A stretch of DNA of 64,000 bases from a virus, in the IMG/VR virus record IMGVR_UViG_3300032312_001008, positions 3,894 through 67,893 of that record; one strand, written 5' to 3'. Positions 29,301 through 38,787 of this stretch are shown here, one piece after another. The stretch's first letter is position 1. Each line of letters begins with the position of its first letter. The translations under genes and the position numbers were made by a program. The notes below the pieces were generated by a model. That model saw only the letters and a program-made list of their open reading frames with translations, did no database searches and was not told where the DNA came from.

Positions 29301-32300
29301 TTGGTGTTAAGGGTGGAGCAAGAAAAGATTTTGCACTAGCAACAGCACCAATCGCAGCAAAGATGACCCCAAAGCAATATGACGAAGAAATTAGGGGAGA
29401 GATTAATAGAAGCATTCCTATAGTAGAAAAAGTTCTTAAGTCTTGGGATCGTGACTTACTTCCAGAAGAGCGAATTGTTTATAACAATATGCTTGAAAGA
29501 CTTAAGGCTGGCGCAAAAGTAGAATGGGATGAATTCCAGCCAATCCATGCTCGTGCTGGACAGGGTGTTGTAAAAGCAATTAAAGGTATTGATCCTGCAG
29601 CAACAAACTCTGAAGTAACCAAGCAACAATCACTATATGAAATTGCTGCATTGCGTGACAAATCAAAAACACAAATTGATAGACTTGTTACACAATTAAA
29701 TCAAGATATAGAAAATACATTAAAAGAATTAAAAAAGACAAACCCAGCACAATATAAAAAGGCAATAGCACTGTTAGAAAAATCTGGAGTTACTCCAAAA
29801 CCAGATGGTTCCATAAACTTTAAAGAGTCTAAGATTTATTCAGATTTTATATCAAAAGATTTAGTTCATAAAGATGGAGCATTCCACACGGTCAAGGCTA
29901 TAGAAAAGGGTCAAAGCCCAACAACTTCTGGAAAAAGTTATGATGCTATAAGAGATCAAATATTGTATAGAATGGGTGCTGCTCCAAAACCTGGAAAAGA
30001 AACCTTTAGCAATAAACCATTTACTCCAGGTAGATTGCACGAAGACCTAACATCAACAACTCAGTCTGGTGGTTGGAGATCAAACATTGATAGAAAGAGC
30101 GATCTATACAAAGCGCTAGATGCTGCAGAGAAAGAGCATAAAGCAAGAAATATTCAAAATCCAAAGAATGTTGCCTTAAATAAATTAAGAACTCAAATGC
30201 TTGCAGATGGTTATACTGTAAAACAAATTGATGCTATGTTGAGAACAGAGTTGTCACATCTTGCAAAAACTGGAGAGGCTGGTCTGGGTCCAGCAAAGTG
30301 GAAGTCAGGGTTTGCTAAGTTTGATTTACGACTACTAAATAGTTATGTAAACCCAGGAGGAAAACCAGGCCAAGCAGTTCAAAATCCAAGACTAGCAAAA
30401 ATTTTAAATTGGGATGCTAGAAATGGCAATGTGTTGTTTAATGCAACACAAACAGCAGAATTAAAAAAGGCTTTAGAGTTTATTAAAACAGGGGCACACC
30501 CTATAACGGAATCTCAAGCAAGACTAGTTCAGGCAGCAGCAAATGCACAAGTCGAGGCAGACAGATATTTAACACAATACAAAGAGCAAAATTCTGGCAC
30601 AAAGCCAAAGGGTTTTCCAGACCTTGGTTCTGTAAAACAGGCCAAGGCAGTTTCCACACTTCTTAGCGATAGGCTTGGCGGTGGATACTATCAAGGAACT
30701 CCTACTATATATCGCCTTGGACCAGGCTCAGTTCTAGCACAACCAGGAGAATACTTAGCAGATTTAGAAAACAGAACAGCAGATAAACTTTCTGTTGGCA
30801 ATACTCAATCAAGACCAATGGGCGCATCGCCATCAACAGGAAAACCAAGTGATAATTTAACTGTTGAAGAAACTCAAACAAAGAGAGTAGTTACTAAAGA
30901 CCAAGCCCGTAAGGGTGGGTTTAAAATGCGTGGAAGAGATGCTGGAGATCCAAGTGTTAAATTAACTCCTTATCAAAGACAAGAACTTAAAAAGATTGCA
31001 ACCAAATATCCAAAGTTGAGCGAAACCCAATTAATGGATACGCTAAGGAGAAAACTAAAGGCTGACGAAAATATAATAAAGGCAAAAGAAAAAGAAGGTG
31101 CTGCAGCAGCAAAGGCTGCACGACGTGCAGAACAACTTCCAAAGCAACAGGCTGCTGAACAGGCTAGATTAGACAGAATAGAAAAGGAAAGACAGTCAAG
31201 AATTATTCAGGCATCTAAAGATCAAGATAAAGCAAACAAGATGAATCGTGCAATTGACAGCAAGAAGCAAAGAATGCTTCGACAAGAAAAGGTTGGTAGA
31301 TGGTCTGGTGGAGCATCTATGGCCCTTGGAACTGCTGGTATGGGTCTTATGATGGCTGGACAGCAAGGGGCGGGTATGGCTGCAATGGGTGCATCTGCAG
31401 TTGCTGGTTTGGCTCCAATGCTTGCTGGTATGTCTAGTTTTGGATTAGCATTAACAGCACTTGTAACAGTTGGTGGTGGTCTATTCATATTAGACAAAAT
31501 GGCAAAGAAGGCAGCAGAAAGCCAGTCAAAATTTGTTGACAGAGTTACAGCAACAACAGAGCAGATGGCTTCAGTTGGACAAATTACAGATAAAGTTGGA
31601 GCCAGCGAGTTATATAAAAGAAAAAGACAACAGGGTGCTGGGAATAGATTTACTGCAGGATTTGAAAGAGGTAAAGAGCAGTTTGGAGAAACATTCTTAT
31701 CTTCTGAAGTTGGCAAGGCAGTATATGAATCGTTTAAGAAAAATTTAACTGCTGGAGGAATCGCATCTGCAAAGCAAATATCTTTACAGTTAGCAGCATA
31801 TGTTTCTGACGGTGTTATGTCAGCAGAGCAGGCTCACAGCGTTGCAAGTCAAATAGGTATAGAGTTAAATAACTCTACTTTAACATCTCAGATTAGTGGA
31901 AACCTTTTGGAACTGATTGGTCCAGAAGGACAAGACCTTAAGACTGACCCACTAAATGTTAGAGTTAATCTAGTAAGAGAACAAGGAAAGATTAATGAAG
32001 ATGTTGTAAAGGGCATGCAGGATGCTATTGGACAAGATTACCAATGGTGGAATCCAGCGAAATTTTTTGCTCCAGTATTCACAGAATCAGCAGGAGAAAA
32101 AGCGGCAGCACAAACTGCAGCATTAGGAGTTTCTTCATTAGAGTTATCACAAGCACAGCAAGACTCTTTGTCTAAATACTATGACACACAAATTGAAGTA
32201 TTAAAGAAACAAAAAGAAGTTACATCTGACAAAGCAAAGCAAAAAAAGATAGATGACGACATTCTTATTTTAGAAGGCAAGAAAAAAGATGGCCTTAACA

Positions 32301-35300
32301 CACTAAGACAAGAATCAAAAAAACTTCTAAATGATCAAGTAGCCAATTACAAAAAGGTTAAAAATATTGGTATTGGTGGAGACGACTATTACTCTAAAGC
32401 ATTTATAAATTCCGTAGATACTCAAGTAAGAACAAAATTTGAAGGAGATCCATATGCAGATGTTTTTCTTGGTTCTGCGAAAAATAATTTAAAGTCAGAA
32501 GAACTAGAAGTAAAAATTAAAACCTTCGTTGCCTATGAAGGAGCAACTCCAGAAGTTGGAACATCTCTTATATCAATGTTTGGCAAGGGTGAAAAAAATG
32601 AGGCACAACTTGATGCAGCATTAGACTTGCTCATCACTCAAGATTCTGCAGAAACAATTGAGTTAGTAAATGCACTCGGCATCCTTGAGAACAAAGAAGA
32701 TGCAAAGGCAATCTTTATTGATATTATTGAAAAAAATCCACAGGACAGATCAGACCTAATTGATGCAATTGGACTAGTTCAAAAACTACAAGGAAAAGAA
32801 ATAAACATTGATGCATTCTTCTCTAGCAAAGATGAAAATGGCAACCCTATTGATCCAATGGCCAAACTTGAAGATTTAACAAAAGCACTTAAGGCAATTG
32901 ACGAGGTCAAGGGGCCAATAACAAAACAAGTTTTAATGGAAACAAAAGAAATTGGTGGAGTAAGCCTAGAAGGTCTTCTTCCAATTTTTGATCAGTGGAA
33001 AAATGAACCCGAATCAGTCAAAAGAACAGTAGTTGCACAATATATTGCAATACATAAAACCATAACAGATGGCGATGTTAGCGCAGCCCGTGCAAGAAAA
33101 ATGGCTGGTCTTCCTTCACACGCAGCAAGTCTTGTTGCTCAGTCTTATGCTGGTCCAGAGGGTGATAAAAAAATTAGAAATGAAATTGCTGCAGATATTC
33201 TTCCACAGATTGTTAATCAAGAACTTGCTTCACAAAAAGCAAATAAACTATTAAATGATGATGGTGGAGGAAGTAAAAAAGCAGATCCATTTCAATTTAT
33301 TTTAGAAAGATTAAAGAACGTTAGAAATGCTGCTATTGATGCAGCAGGTGGAATTAAAGAATTAAATAAGGCTCTAGCAGAAGGAAACTCAAAGTCTGTA
33401 CAAAATAGATTTAGAGGAATAGAGCAACAAATGAATGCTCAAGGGCGTAATAGACAGTTTATTGACTTTGCTATGTCACAAGATCCAACAGAGCAAAAAA
33501 AGTATTTTACTACTGCAGGGTCTAAAATTAAGACTGGAAAAAACAAGGGAAGAATATTAAATCCATACGATAGTAAAAAGTTATTGCCAAAGACAGCAAA
33601 GTCAGGAGATGTTGTACTTTCTAAACTTGGAGAACTATACAATAAGGCATTTGATGCAGCGGTAGTTGGAGAGTTTAATTCCTATGCAGGCAAATCTATT
33701 CTATTACTAAATGAACAAGAATCGGTAAGACGCAAACTAGTTGCTGCTGGGTATGATGCTGTATCAATAGAAAATATTCTTCAAGATGAGTACACAACAG
33801 CAGCAATTGCTACTGGCAAAATAACAGACGAAGAACTAAAGACAAACGTTGAACTAAGCAAGCAGTTAACAAATAGACAAAAAATTAACAACTTGATTGC
33901 TAAGGGATCAGAAGCACTTAATCAACAAAAAAATATTAAACAAATTCCAGATGTTATAAAGTTTTTAGGAAGCCAAGGAGTATCTTCAAAGGCGCTAAGA
34001 GATATTATAGGTGATCCAGAGTCACTAGCAGAGGCAATCGCAGCAATGGAAGACTACAAGTCGGGAGCAGCGGGAGCAGCAGACAGACTTAAAGAAATTG
34101 TTGCAGGTCTTAAGGCTATACAGGAAAATTCAAATATAAAGATTGCTCTTGAGTTTGCAGTAAAAAATGTTGCAGATCAGATTCGTGATGGAGCAGATGC
34201 AGCAACCAAGGTGATGGATTCAAAGAGAACTGTATATTCTTATTTGAACAGATCGCAATTAGAAAGTGCAACGTCTGCATACAGAGATCCAAATAAAGCC
34301 CCACAACAGGTTGGAAAAATTGCTACACAAAATGTTGCAGCAAGATATAAGGCAGCAGGAGTTGCAATACCAACAATTCCTGCAGGAGCAAGTTTAAACA
34401 GCATCGGAAAAGAGAGAGCATCTCTTGGTAAAACAATAGATATAGCATCATCAAATCTTCAAAACATTCAAAGAAGTAGGTCTGAAATTCAAGATAAAAT
34501 TGCCAATGCTCAAAATGATTTAGAAAAGGCCTTAGATGCTGTAAATAATTCATTTGATCAAACAATAAAAGGAATTGAAGATGTAATTAAAAAATACGAA
34601 AATAACATCAAGTCAATAGAAAAAAGCATTAAGGCAAAAGAAGATGAAATAAAAACAAAGTTTATCGACAAGATAGAAGCCTTTAACAAAGAAAACCAGA
34701 TGCTCAACAACGACCTTGCAATAATGGACAAGGCTGCAGAAGATATTAATGAAAAGTATGACAAGCAGGTAGAGGCTTTACAGCAAGTAAATGATTTAAA
34801 CCAGCAGATAATTGACTCTCAAAGTCAGCAATTAGATTTGGCTGATGCTCTTTCTCAGGGAGATATTGCTGCTGCAGCAAGAGTTGCACAAGAAATGAGA
34901 GCGGCTTCAGCAAATAGCCAAGCAGATACAATAATGCAGGGCATTGAATTGTCCAGAAATAATGATCTATCAGCACTTACAGGTGCAGAAAGCAAGATGA
35001 CTAGAGATCAAATTTCAGAAAGACAGTTTGTAATAAGTCAAGAAATATATAAACTAGAAACAGATCCTGCTAGACTTGCAATAGAAAAAGAAATAGAGGC
35101 TCTAAACCTAAGCATATTGAGAATTCAGGAAAGCATTACCTTAGAACAAGAAAAAATTGAAGCACAGGAAGTTCTTAGAGCAGCAGCACTTAAGGCAGCA
35201 GAAGTAGCACATACAGCAGCAGTTGCAAGTCTAATAGCACAAGAGGCCAGTCTTTTAGCACAAGAAAAAACTCAAGCAGAGATACTAAGGAAATTAGAAG

Positions 35301-38131
35301 CACAAGACTTAGAGTTGGCATCCCAAGAAATATACCTACAAAGTATTGCAGATGAAGCAGTTGCAATTGATGAGACAACTGGAATGACTCTTGAAAAGTG
35401 GCAAGAGACACTAGACAAGATTACTTCTATTGATGAATTAGCACAATCATATGCGATTGCTTTGTCAGCAGCAGAAATTGCAGCAGCAAACACAGCAACA
35501 TCTTGGTCTACAATTCTAGATACTATTAATAAAATTCCTAAAAGTATTGAGACAGACCATATAATTAATGAAATTAGAAACATAACTGAATATATTACTA
35601 GGTATGTAACTACGATTAATCTTGGTGGCTCAGGTGGGAATGATGGAAAAACAGGATCAGACAAGGATGCAAAAGATGCAGCAGACAAAGCGGCAAAAGA
35701 TGCAGCAGACAAAGCGGCAAAAGATGCAGCAGATGGAGCCCTTAAATTATTAAAGGATGCAGAGGATAAAAAAACAGGAGATGATTTATTTGCCTCTATT
35801 CAAAATTGGAGAGCGCTAAGTTCTGGAGGAGTTGTTCCTAAGTATTTTGCAAATGGTGGATTTACTCCAAAGGGAACAGACACAGTTCCTGCAATGCTAA
35901 CTCCTGGAGAGTTCGTAGTTAGAAAGTCTGCAGTTGATCAGTATGGTCAAGACTTCCTGAATGATATAAATGTTCAAAGATTTGAAAAGGGTGGAGTTGT
36001 TGATTCAAAGCCAACAATCGGAGGAACTGGACCAAATAAAAATAAGCCAGCACTAAGAGGCTTTAAAGCATTGTTTAATAAACAACTTTGGGAGACAACA
36101 GCCAATTTCTTCTCACTACCATCAATTGGTAAAACTGGATATGACATGGCAAAATACGGCGGTATTCCTCAAATGCTTGCAGCCAAAGCAGCAGGTATGC
36201 CGACAAGATCTACAGTAGGAGATAACTTAAGTGCAGCACTTGCAGTTCTTCCTCTTCCAGTTGCAAAAGCATTAAAGCCAGTAATAAGTAAAATAGGTAA
36301 AATAGTCCCTGACTCTGCAAAGAAAGTTCTTTCAAAAAATGGTATTGATATATTTGGCAAATTGCCTGGTAATGCAAAGCCTACAGCAACTAACCCAAGT
36401 TTAGTAGAAGAAAAATTAACTCCTACCACGGACTCTTCTTTGACAAAGAATTCCTGGTCTGATGACTGGGGAGATATGCCTGAATATGTTTCACCACCAG
36501 TATCACTTTCAAATAAAATTGCCAACAAGTTGGCTGGCTATGGTCCAGTAGGTAGAGGTCTTTCTAATGCAGTTCTTGCTCCTAAAAGATTTGCAACAAA
36601 CTTTAAAACTCAAACAGATTATGCATGGAACCATGGAGTAGTAGACAAAAAAATAAATGAATACTTTTTAAGCGCTAAACTTGGAGGCACACTAGGGTCA
36701 AAGTTAGCACCAGCACTTGCTTCTTTAGGTAAAAAAATTAACCCTAGCAGACTCAGAGAAACTGCATCCGAAGATCTTTCATATCTTCAAAGATCTATGT
36801 TTGATGAAAGCACAAAATATTCAAACGCTTCATTTACAAACATGTTTAAAAATATAGCGTCGGACATTACAAGACCATTTAAAACAGTCATTAATAATGT
36901 TGCACATTCTCTAATATCTCCAGTAAAAAGCCTAGTCAGCAATACAAACTTTGCAAGAAATATGAGTATAGCACGACAGATCAAGGTTACAGGTGGAGAT
37001 GGTTCGGACGAACTTGTAAAACACTACAAGACTCAAGCAATAGTAGACTCAATTCCTGGAGGACTTGGTGCTCTGATTCAAATGAAGAGGGGAATTCATA
37101 GGCATGGCAAGGCCATAGAAGATCTTCCATCTCCTCTAGAAAGATTTTTAGCATCAAAATTTGATGGAGCAAAAACACCAATGAACGCTTATGGTCCAGG
37201 CCTATATAGTGCAACGAGTCCAATAACTTCTAAACAATTCTTTAATACTTTTGGAGATAACCAGTATGGTATAGACTTAACACCGAAAGCAATGCTTAAA
37301 GTTTTAACAAGCAAAGGCTTTATAGATCCAAAAAAAATGGCAAAGTATAAAGAAAACTATATTAAAAAAACAGGTACTCAGCCAAGGGACATGGGAAGTA
37401 TAAATGCTGACATAACCGATCCATTTATGCAATCACTTCTAAAGGATGGATATATCGGATATAGACATGGAGATGCCTACACTAATTGGGGTGTTGGAAA
37501 TATTCCTGGTATGAGATTAAAGCACATAGATGGAACGGATCTTAAAGCAATAGATACAGATGGTAAAATAACTTTAGTTCCAAGAACAGATATACCTAAG
37601 ATCGTTGAGCCAAATTTAAATGAAACTTCAAAAATTGGAACGAACAAGTATCTTATTGCTAAAGCAGCAGCCGCTGTTTCTAGTATTGCTGGTCTTTCTT
37701 TGTATAAAGCAGCAGAGGCTAGAGCAGAGAATTCTACATCTTCATTAGCCTCTACTGTAGAAAAACTTGTCGCTAATAATATTTCAACTCCAGGCTCAGG
37801 TGGTGGTGGCGGAGCAGTAGACATGATGATGCTTTCTAAGGGTGGCCTAATTCCAAAATACTTTGCTGCAGGTGGTTATGCTTCTGGAACAGATACAATT
37901 CCAGCAATGTTAACTCCAGGAGAGTTTGTTATGAGCAAGTATGCAGTAGATACACATGGTGCAGATACAATGAGGGCAATAAATAATGGCTCATCAGTAG
38001 GCGACTCAGTGTATAATTATAGTATCAATGTGAATGTAACCTCTGATTCAAACCCAGATGAAATCGCAAGAGCAGTAATGGCTCAAATAAAGAGCGTTGA
38101 TTCACAAAAGATTAGAGGAGTTAGAATTTAA
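26345..38131 (+). CDS. giant tape-measure protein with inserted enzyme-like domains
   Basis: TTG start with SD GAGGTG; TP901-type TMP core (GINASEGANALKSGL, AIEQLFGK), hydrophobic segments, coiled coils, three D(T/V)(V/I)PAML(T/S)PGE motifs. Confidence 0.9.
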   Translation: MADVNSNININFNTTAALAQLRQLQAGLSKFHQSLAEGNLAAANAQKGLNAQLIQSVGATGQFSASQVKVAGSTLAFTSALEKNKLSLREYYRYTMAAATANTRVLGKAFAQEREIINRARRDRVKALQAQYIQMNKSNAGFMDAIRIMPKSLQMANGQFTELGTRIQYAAQRQQFLNQLLKQGSTQLLNFGKNTQWAGRQLMVGLTMPLALFGAAAAKAFRELDAEVIKFRRVYGDAFTNDAEVEAAVQNIKKLSSEYVKYGVSVTKTMEMAATAAAAGFKGNDLSAQVETATKLAVLGQIEQQQALETTISLQSAFGISSDELAKKIDFLNAVENQTLLSIEDLTIAIPKAAPVVKQLGGNVEDLAFFLTAMKEGGINASEGANALKSGLASLINPSEKSAKFLGKLGINIKGLVEANKGDIKGTVVGFARALDELDPLNRARAIEQLFGKFQFARLSTLFQNVTKDGSQASRAFKLAGASVEELAILSEREMKKIEDSTGVKFQAALENIKKEIMPLGKAFLEALTPVVKFFSGLLEKFNGLGDNTKKVIAIIVAAVAGLGPVLLMTFGLLMNGVANVIKLFALLRGGIAKLNGQTSVMGAGFNYMTQEQIENAASSQQLHQTHTRLIEVFNVEKASVNALASSYNSLSTQMRAMATANPSLFAGGAPGAARAVKGLPPVKKYKEGILSVPGPKGAGDVVPAMLSPGEAVIPTDTTNKYRGLISAMFKDKVPGFMAGRLPGGPGKGIPLSDGPAAVRKAQQAKYRRQNDARQGWNEPHPEAPKGPVFVGMPVSADKASQSRQILDKISEQASLGRFGTMPASNFGTKLQGFKGYSFPERGIGGVYRKPNGKIVVVKPTIDEKTALAEVRMAEIEAARGMVVPKQQIRTMIDPTDPTGQRKFIVLESPYDPRFANMDGKFRKTDMVKQLVGSLLRGDKDLQKSNVSGNRVPDVSNAGVFDRASGFRDYAENMPSFKDQAMVNLLGVKGGARKDFALATAPIAAKMTPKQYDEEIRGEINRSIPIVEKVLKSWDRDLLPEERIVYNNMLERLKAGAKVEWDEFQPIHARAGQGVVKAIKGIDPAATNSEVTKQQSLYEIAALRDKSKTQIDRLVTQLNQDIENTLKELKKTNPAQYKKAIALLEKSGVTPKPDGSINFKESKIYSDFISKDLVHKDGAFHTVKAIEKGQSPTTSGKSYDAIRDQILYRMGAAPKPGKETFSNKPFTPGRLHEDLTSTTQSGGWRSNIDRKSDLYKALDAAEKEHKARNIQNPKNVALNKLRTQMLADGYTVKQIDAMLRTELSHLAKTGEAGLGPAKWKSGFAKFDLRLLNSYVNPGGKPGQAVQNPRLAKILNWDARNGNVLFNATQTAELKKALEFIKTGAHPITESQARLVQAAANAQVEADRYLTQYKEQNSGTKPKGFPDLGSVKQAKAVSTLLSDRLGGGYYQGTPTIYRLGPGSVLAQPGEYLADLENRTADKLSVGNTQSRPMGASPSTGKPSDNLTVEETQTKRVVTKDQARKGGFKMRGRDAGDPSVKLTPYQRQELKKIATKYPKLSETQLMDTLRRKLKADENIIKAKEKEGAAAAKAARRAEQLPKQQAAEQARLDRIEKERQSRIIQASKDQDKANKMNRAIDSKKQRMLRQEKVGRWSGGASMALGTAGMGLMMAGQQGAGMAAMGASAVAGLAPMLAGMSSFGLALTALVTVGGGLFILDKMAKKAAESQSKFVDRVTATTEQMASVGQITDKVGASELYKRKRQQGAGNRFTAGFERGKEQFGETFLSSEVGKAVYESFKKNLTAGGIASAKQISLQLAAYVSDGVMSAEQAHSVASQIGIELNNSTLTSQISGNLLELIGPEGQDLKTDPLNVRVNLVREQGKINEDVVKGMQDAIGQDYQWWNPAKFFAPVFTESAGEKAAAQTAALGVSSLELSQAQQDSLSKYYDTQIEVLKKQKEVTSDKAKQKKIDDDILILEGKKKDGLNTLRQESKKLLNDQVANYKKVKNIGIGGDDYYSKAFINSVDTQVRTKFEGDPYADVFLGSAKNNLKSEELEVKIKTFVAYEGATPEVGTSLISMFGKGEKNEAQLDAALDLLITQDSAETIELVNALGILENKEDAKAIFIDIIEKNPQDRSDLIDAIGLVQKLQGKEINIDAFFSSKDENGNPIDPMAKLEDLTKALKAIDEVKGPITKQVLMETKEIGGVSLEGLLPIFDQWKNEPESVKRTVVAQYIAIHKTITDGDVSAARARKMAGLPSHAASLVAQSYAGPEGDKKIRNEIAADILPQIVNQELASQKANKLLNDDGGGSKKADPFQFILERLKNVRNAAIDAAGGIKELNKALAEGNSKSVQNRFRGIEQQMNAQGRNRQFIDFAMSQDPTEQKKYFTTAGSKIKTGKNKGRILNPYDSKKLLPKTAKSGDVVLSKLGELYNKAFDAAVVGEFNSYAGKSILLLNEQESVRRKLVAAGYDAVSIENILQDEYTTAAIATGKITDEELKTNVELSKQLTNRQKINNLIAKGSEALNQQKNIKQIPDVIKFLGSQGVSSKALRDIIGDPESLAEAIAAMEDYKSGAAGAADRLKEIVAGLKAIQENSNIKIALEFAVKNVADQIRDGADAATKVMDSKRTVYSYLNRSQLESATSAYRDPNKAPQQVGKIATQNVAARYKAAGVAIPTIPAGASLNSIGKERASLGKTIDIASSNLQNIQRSRSEIQDKIANAQNDLEKALDAVNNSFDQTIKGIEDVIKKYENNIKSIEKSIKAKEDEIKTKFIDKIEAFNKENQMLNNDLAIMDKAAEDINEKYDKQVEALQQVNDLNQQIIDSQSQQLDLADALSQGDIAAAARVAQEMRAASANSQADTIMQGIELSRNNDLSALTGAESKMTRDQISERQFVISQEIYKLETDPARLAIEKEIEALNLSILRIQESITLEQEKIEAQEVLRAAALKAAEVAHTAAVASLIAQEASLLAQEKTQAEILRKLEAQDLELASQEIYLQSIADEAVAIDETTGMTLEKWQETLDKITSIDELAQSYAIALSAAEIAAANTATSWSTILDTINKIPKSIETDHIINEIRNITEYITRYVTTINLGGSGGNDGKTGSDKDAKDAADKAAKDAADKAAKDAADGALKLLKDAEDKKTGDDLFASIQNWRALSSGGVVPKYFANGGFTPKGTDTVPAMLTPGEFVVRKSAVDQYGQDFLNDINVQRFEKGGVVDSKPTIGGTGPNKNKPALRGFKALFNKQLWETTANFFSLPSIGKTGYDMAKYGGIPQMLAAKAAGMPTRSTVGDNLSAALAVLPLPVAKALKPVISKIGKIVPDSAKKVLSKNGIDIFGKLPGNAKPTATNPSLVEEKLTPTTDSSLTKNSWSDDWGDMPEYVSPPVSLSNKIANKLAGYGPVGRGLSNAVLAPKRFATNFKTQTDYAWNHGVVDKKINEYFLSAKLGGTLGSKLAPALASLGKKINPSRLRETASEDLSYLQRSMFDESTKYSNASFTNMFKNIASDITRPFKTVINNVAHSLISPVKSLVSNTNFARNMSIARQIKVTGGDGSDELVKHYKTQAIVDSIPGGLGALIQMKRGIHRHGKAIEDLPSPLERFLASKFDGAKTPMNAYGPGLYSATSPITSKQFFNTFGDNQYGIDLTPKAMLKVLTSKGFIDPKKMAKYKENYIKKTGTQPRDMGSINADITDPFMQSLLKDGYIGYRHGDAYTNWGVGNIPGMRLKHIDGTDLKAIDTDGKITLVPRTDIPKIVEPNLNETSKIGTNKYLIAKAAAAVSSIAGLSLYKAAEARAENSTSSLASTVEKLVANNISTPGSGGGGGAVDMMMLSKGGLIPKYFAAGGYASGTDTIPAMLTPGEFVMSKYAVDTHGADTMRAINNGSSVGDSVYNYSINVNVTSDSNPDEIARAVMAQIKSVDSQKIRGVRI
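35666..35734 (+). repeat. 24-nt coding tandem repeat (KDAADKAA, about 3 units) inside TMP
   Basis: gcaaaagatgcagcagacaaagcg repeated. Confidence 0.8.
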
Positions 38132-38787
38132 TGACAAATAACACATATATGTCTGGTCGTAAAAAATATCAAAGACCTCAAGCCATGCTTTTTGCAGACA
38201 ACCAAGGAACCAAGGTTGATGGATTTCACATTCCTTCGGGAGTTGAAATAGGGTCAGCAGCAGCCTCTGGAGACTCTTCTGGCGAGTTTATAATACTATC
38301 TGATGATAACAGGTCACCCATAACCTTTAATACTTTCAGAATAGAAAAAAGGGAGAGAATGATTAATGGTCGTATGAGATCTTATCATATTGCCGATAAA
38401 CTTCAACTATCAGTATCCTGGGACATGCTACCATCAAGAGCATACGATACTTATCCTGGATTTGATTCTAATGGAAATCCTGACATGGTTAAGACAGGAA
38501 CAAGACAAAGCCCATTAGAGTTTACTAGTGATGGTGGAGCAGGAGGAGTAGAACTACTTGACTGGTATAAAAACCATAAGGGATCTTTTTGGGTATACCT
38601 TGCGTATGATAAATATACAAACTTTGAAAATCCAATTCAAACTGAAGTAGATGAAAGATTTAATAATGCAAACAAATACAACGAGGTAATAGAAGTATTT
38701 TTTTCAGACTTTAATTATTCAGTTGTAAAAAGAAGTGGTCTTAACTTTGATTTTTGGAATGTCTCTTTAGTTTTGGAAGAAGCGTAA
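38131..38787 (+). CDS. putative distal tail protein
   Basis: Directly after TMP (TAATG); ERMINGRMRSY and WNVSLVLEE motifs. Confidence 0.65.
   Translation: MTNNTYMSGRKKYQRPQAMLFADNQGTKVDGFHIPSGVEIGSAAASGDSSGEFIILSDDNRSPITFNTFRIEKRERMINGRMRSYHIADKLQLSVSWDMLPSRAYDTYPGFDSNGNPDMVKTGTRQSPLEFTSDGGAGGVELLDWYKNHKGSFWVYLAYDKYTNFENPIQTEVDERFNNANKYNEVIEVFFSDFNYSVVKRSGLNFDFWNVSLVLEEA

Noticed and set aside
35666-35734. KDAADKAA tandem repeat as a regulatory or phase-variable element
   Set aside because: In-frame 24-nt linker expansion; a copy-number change would not shift the frame
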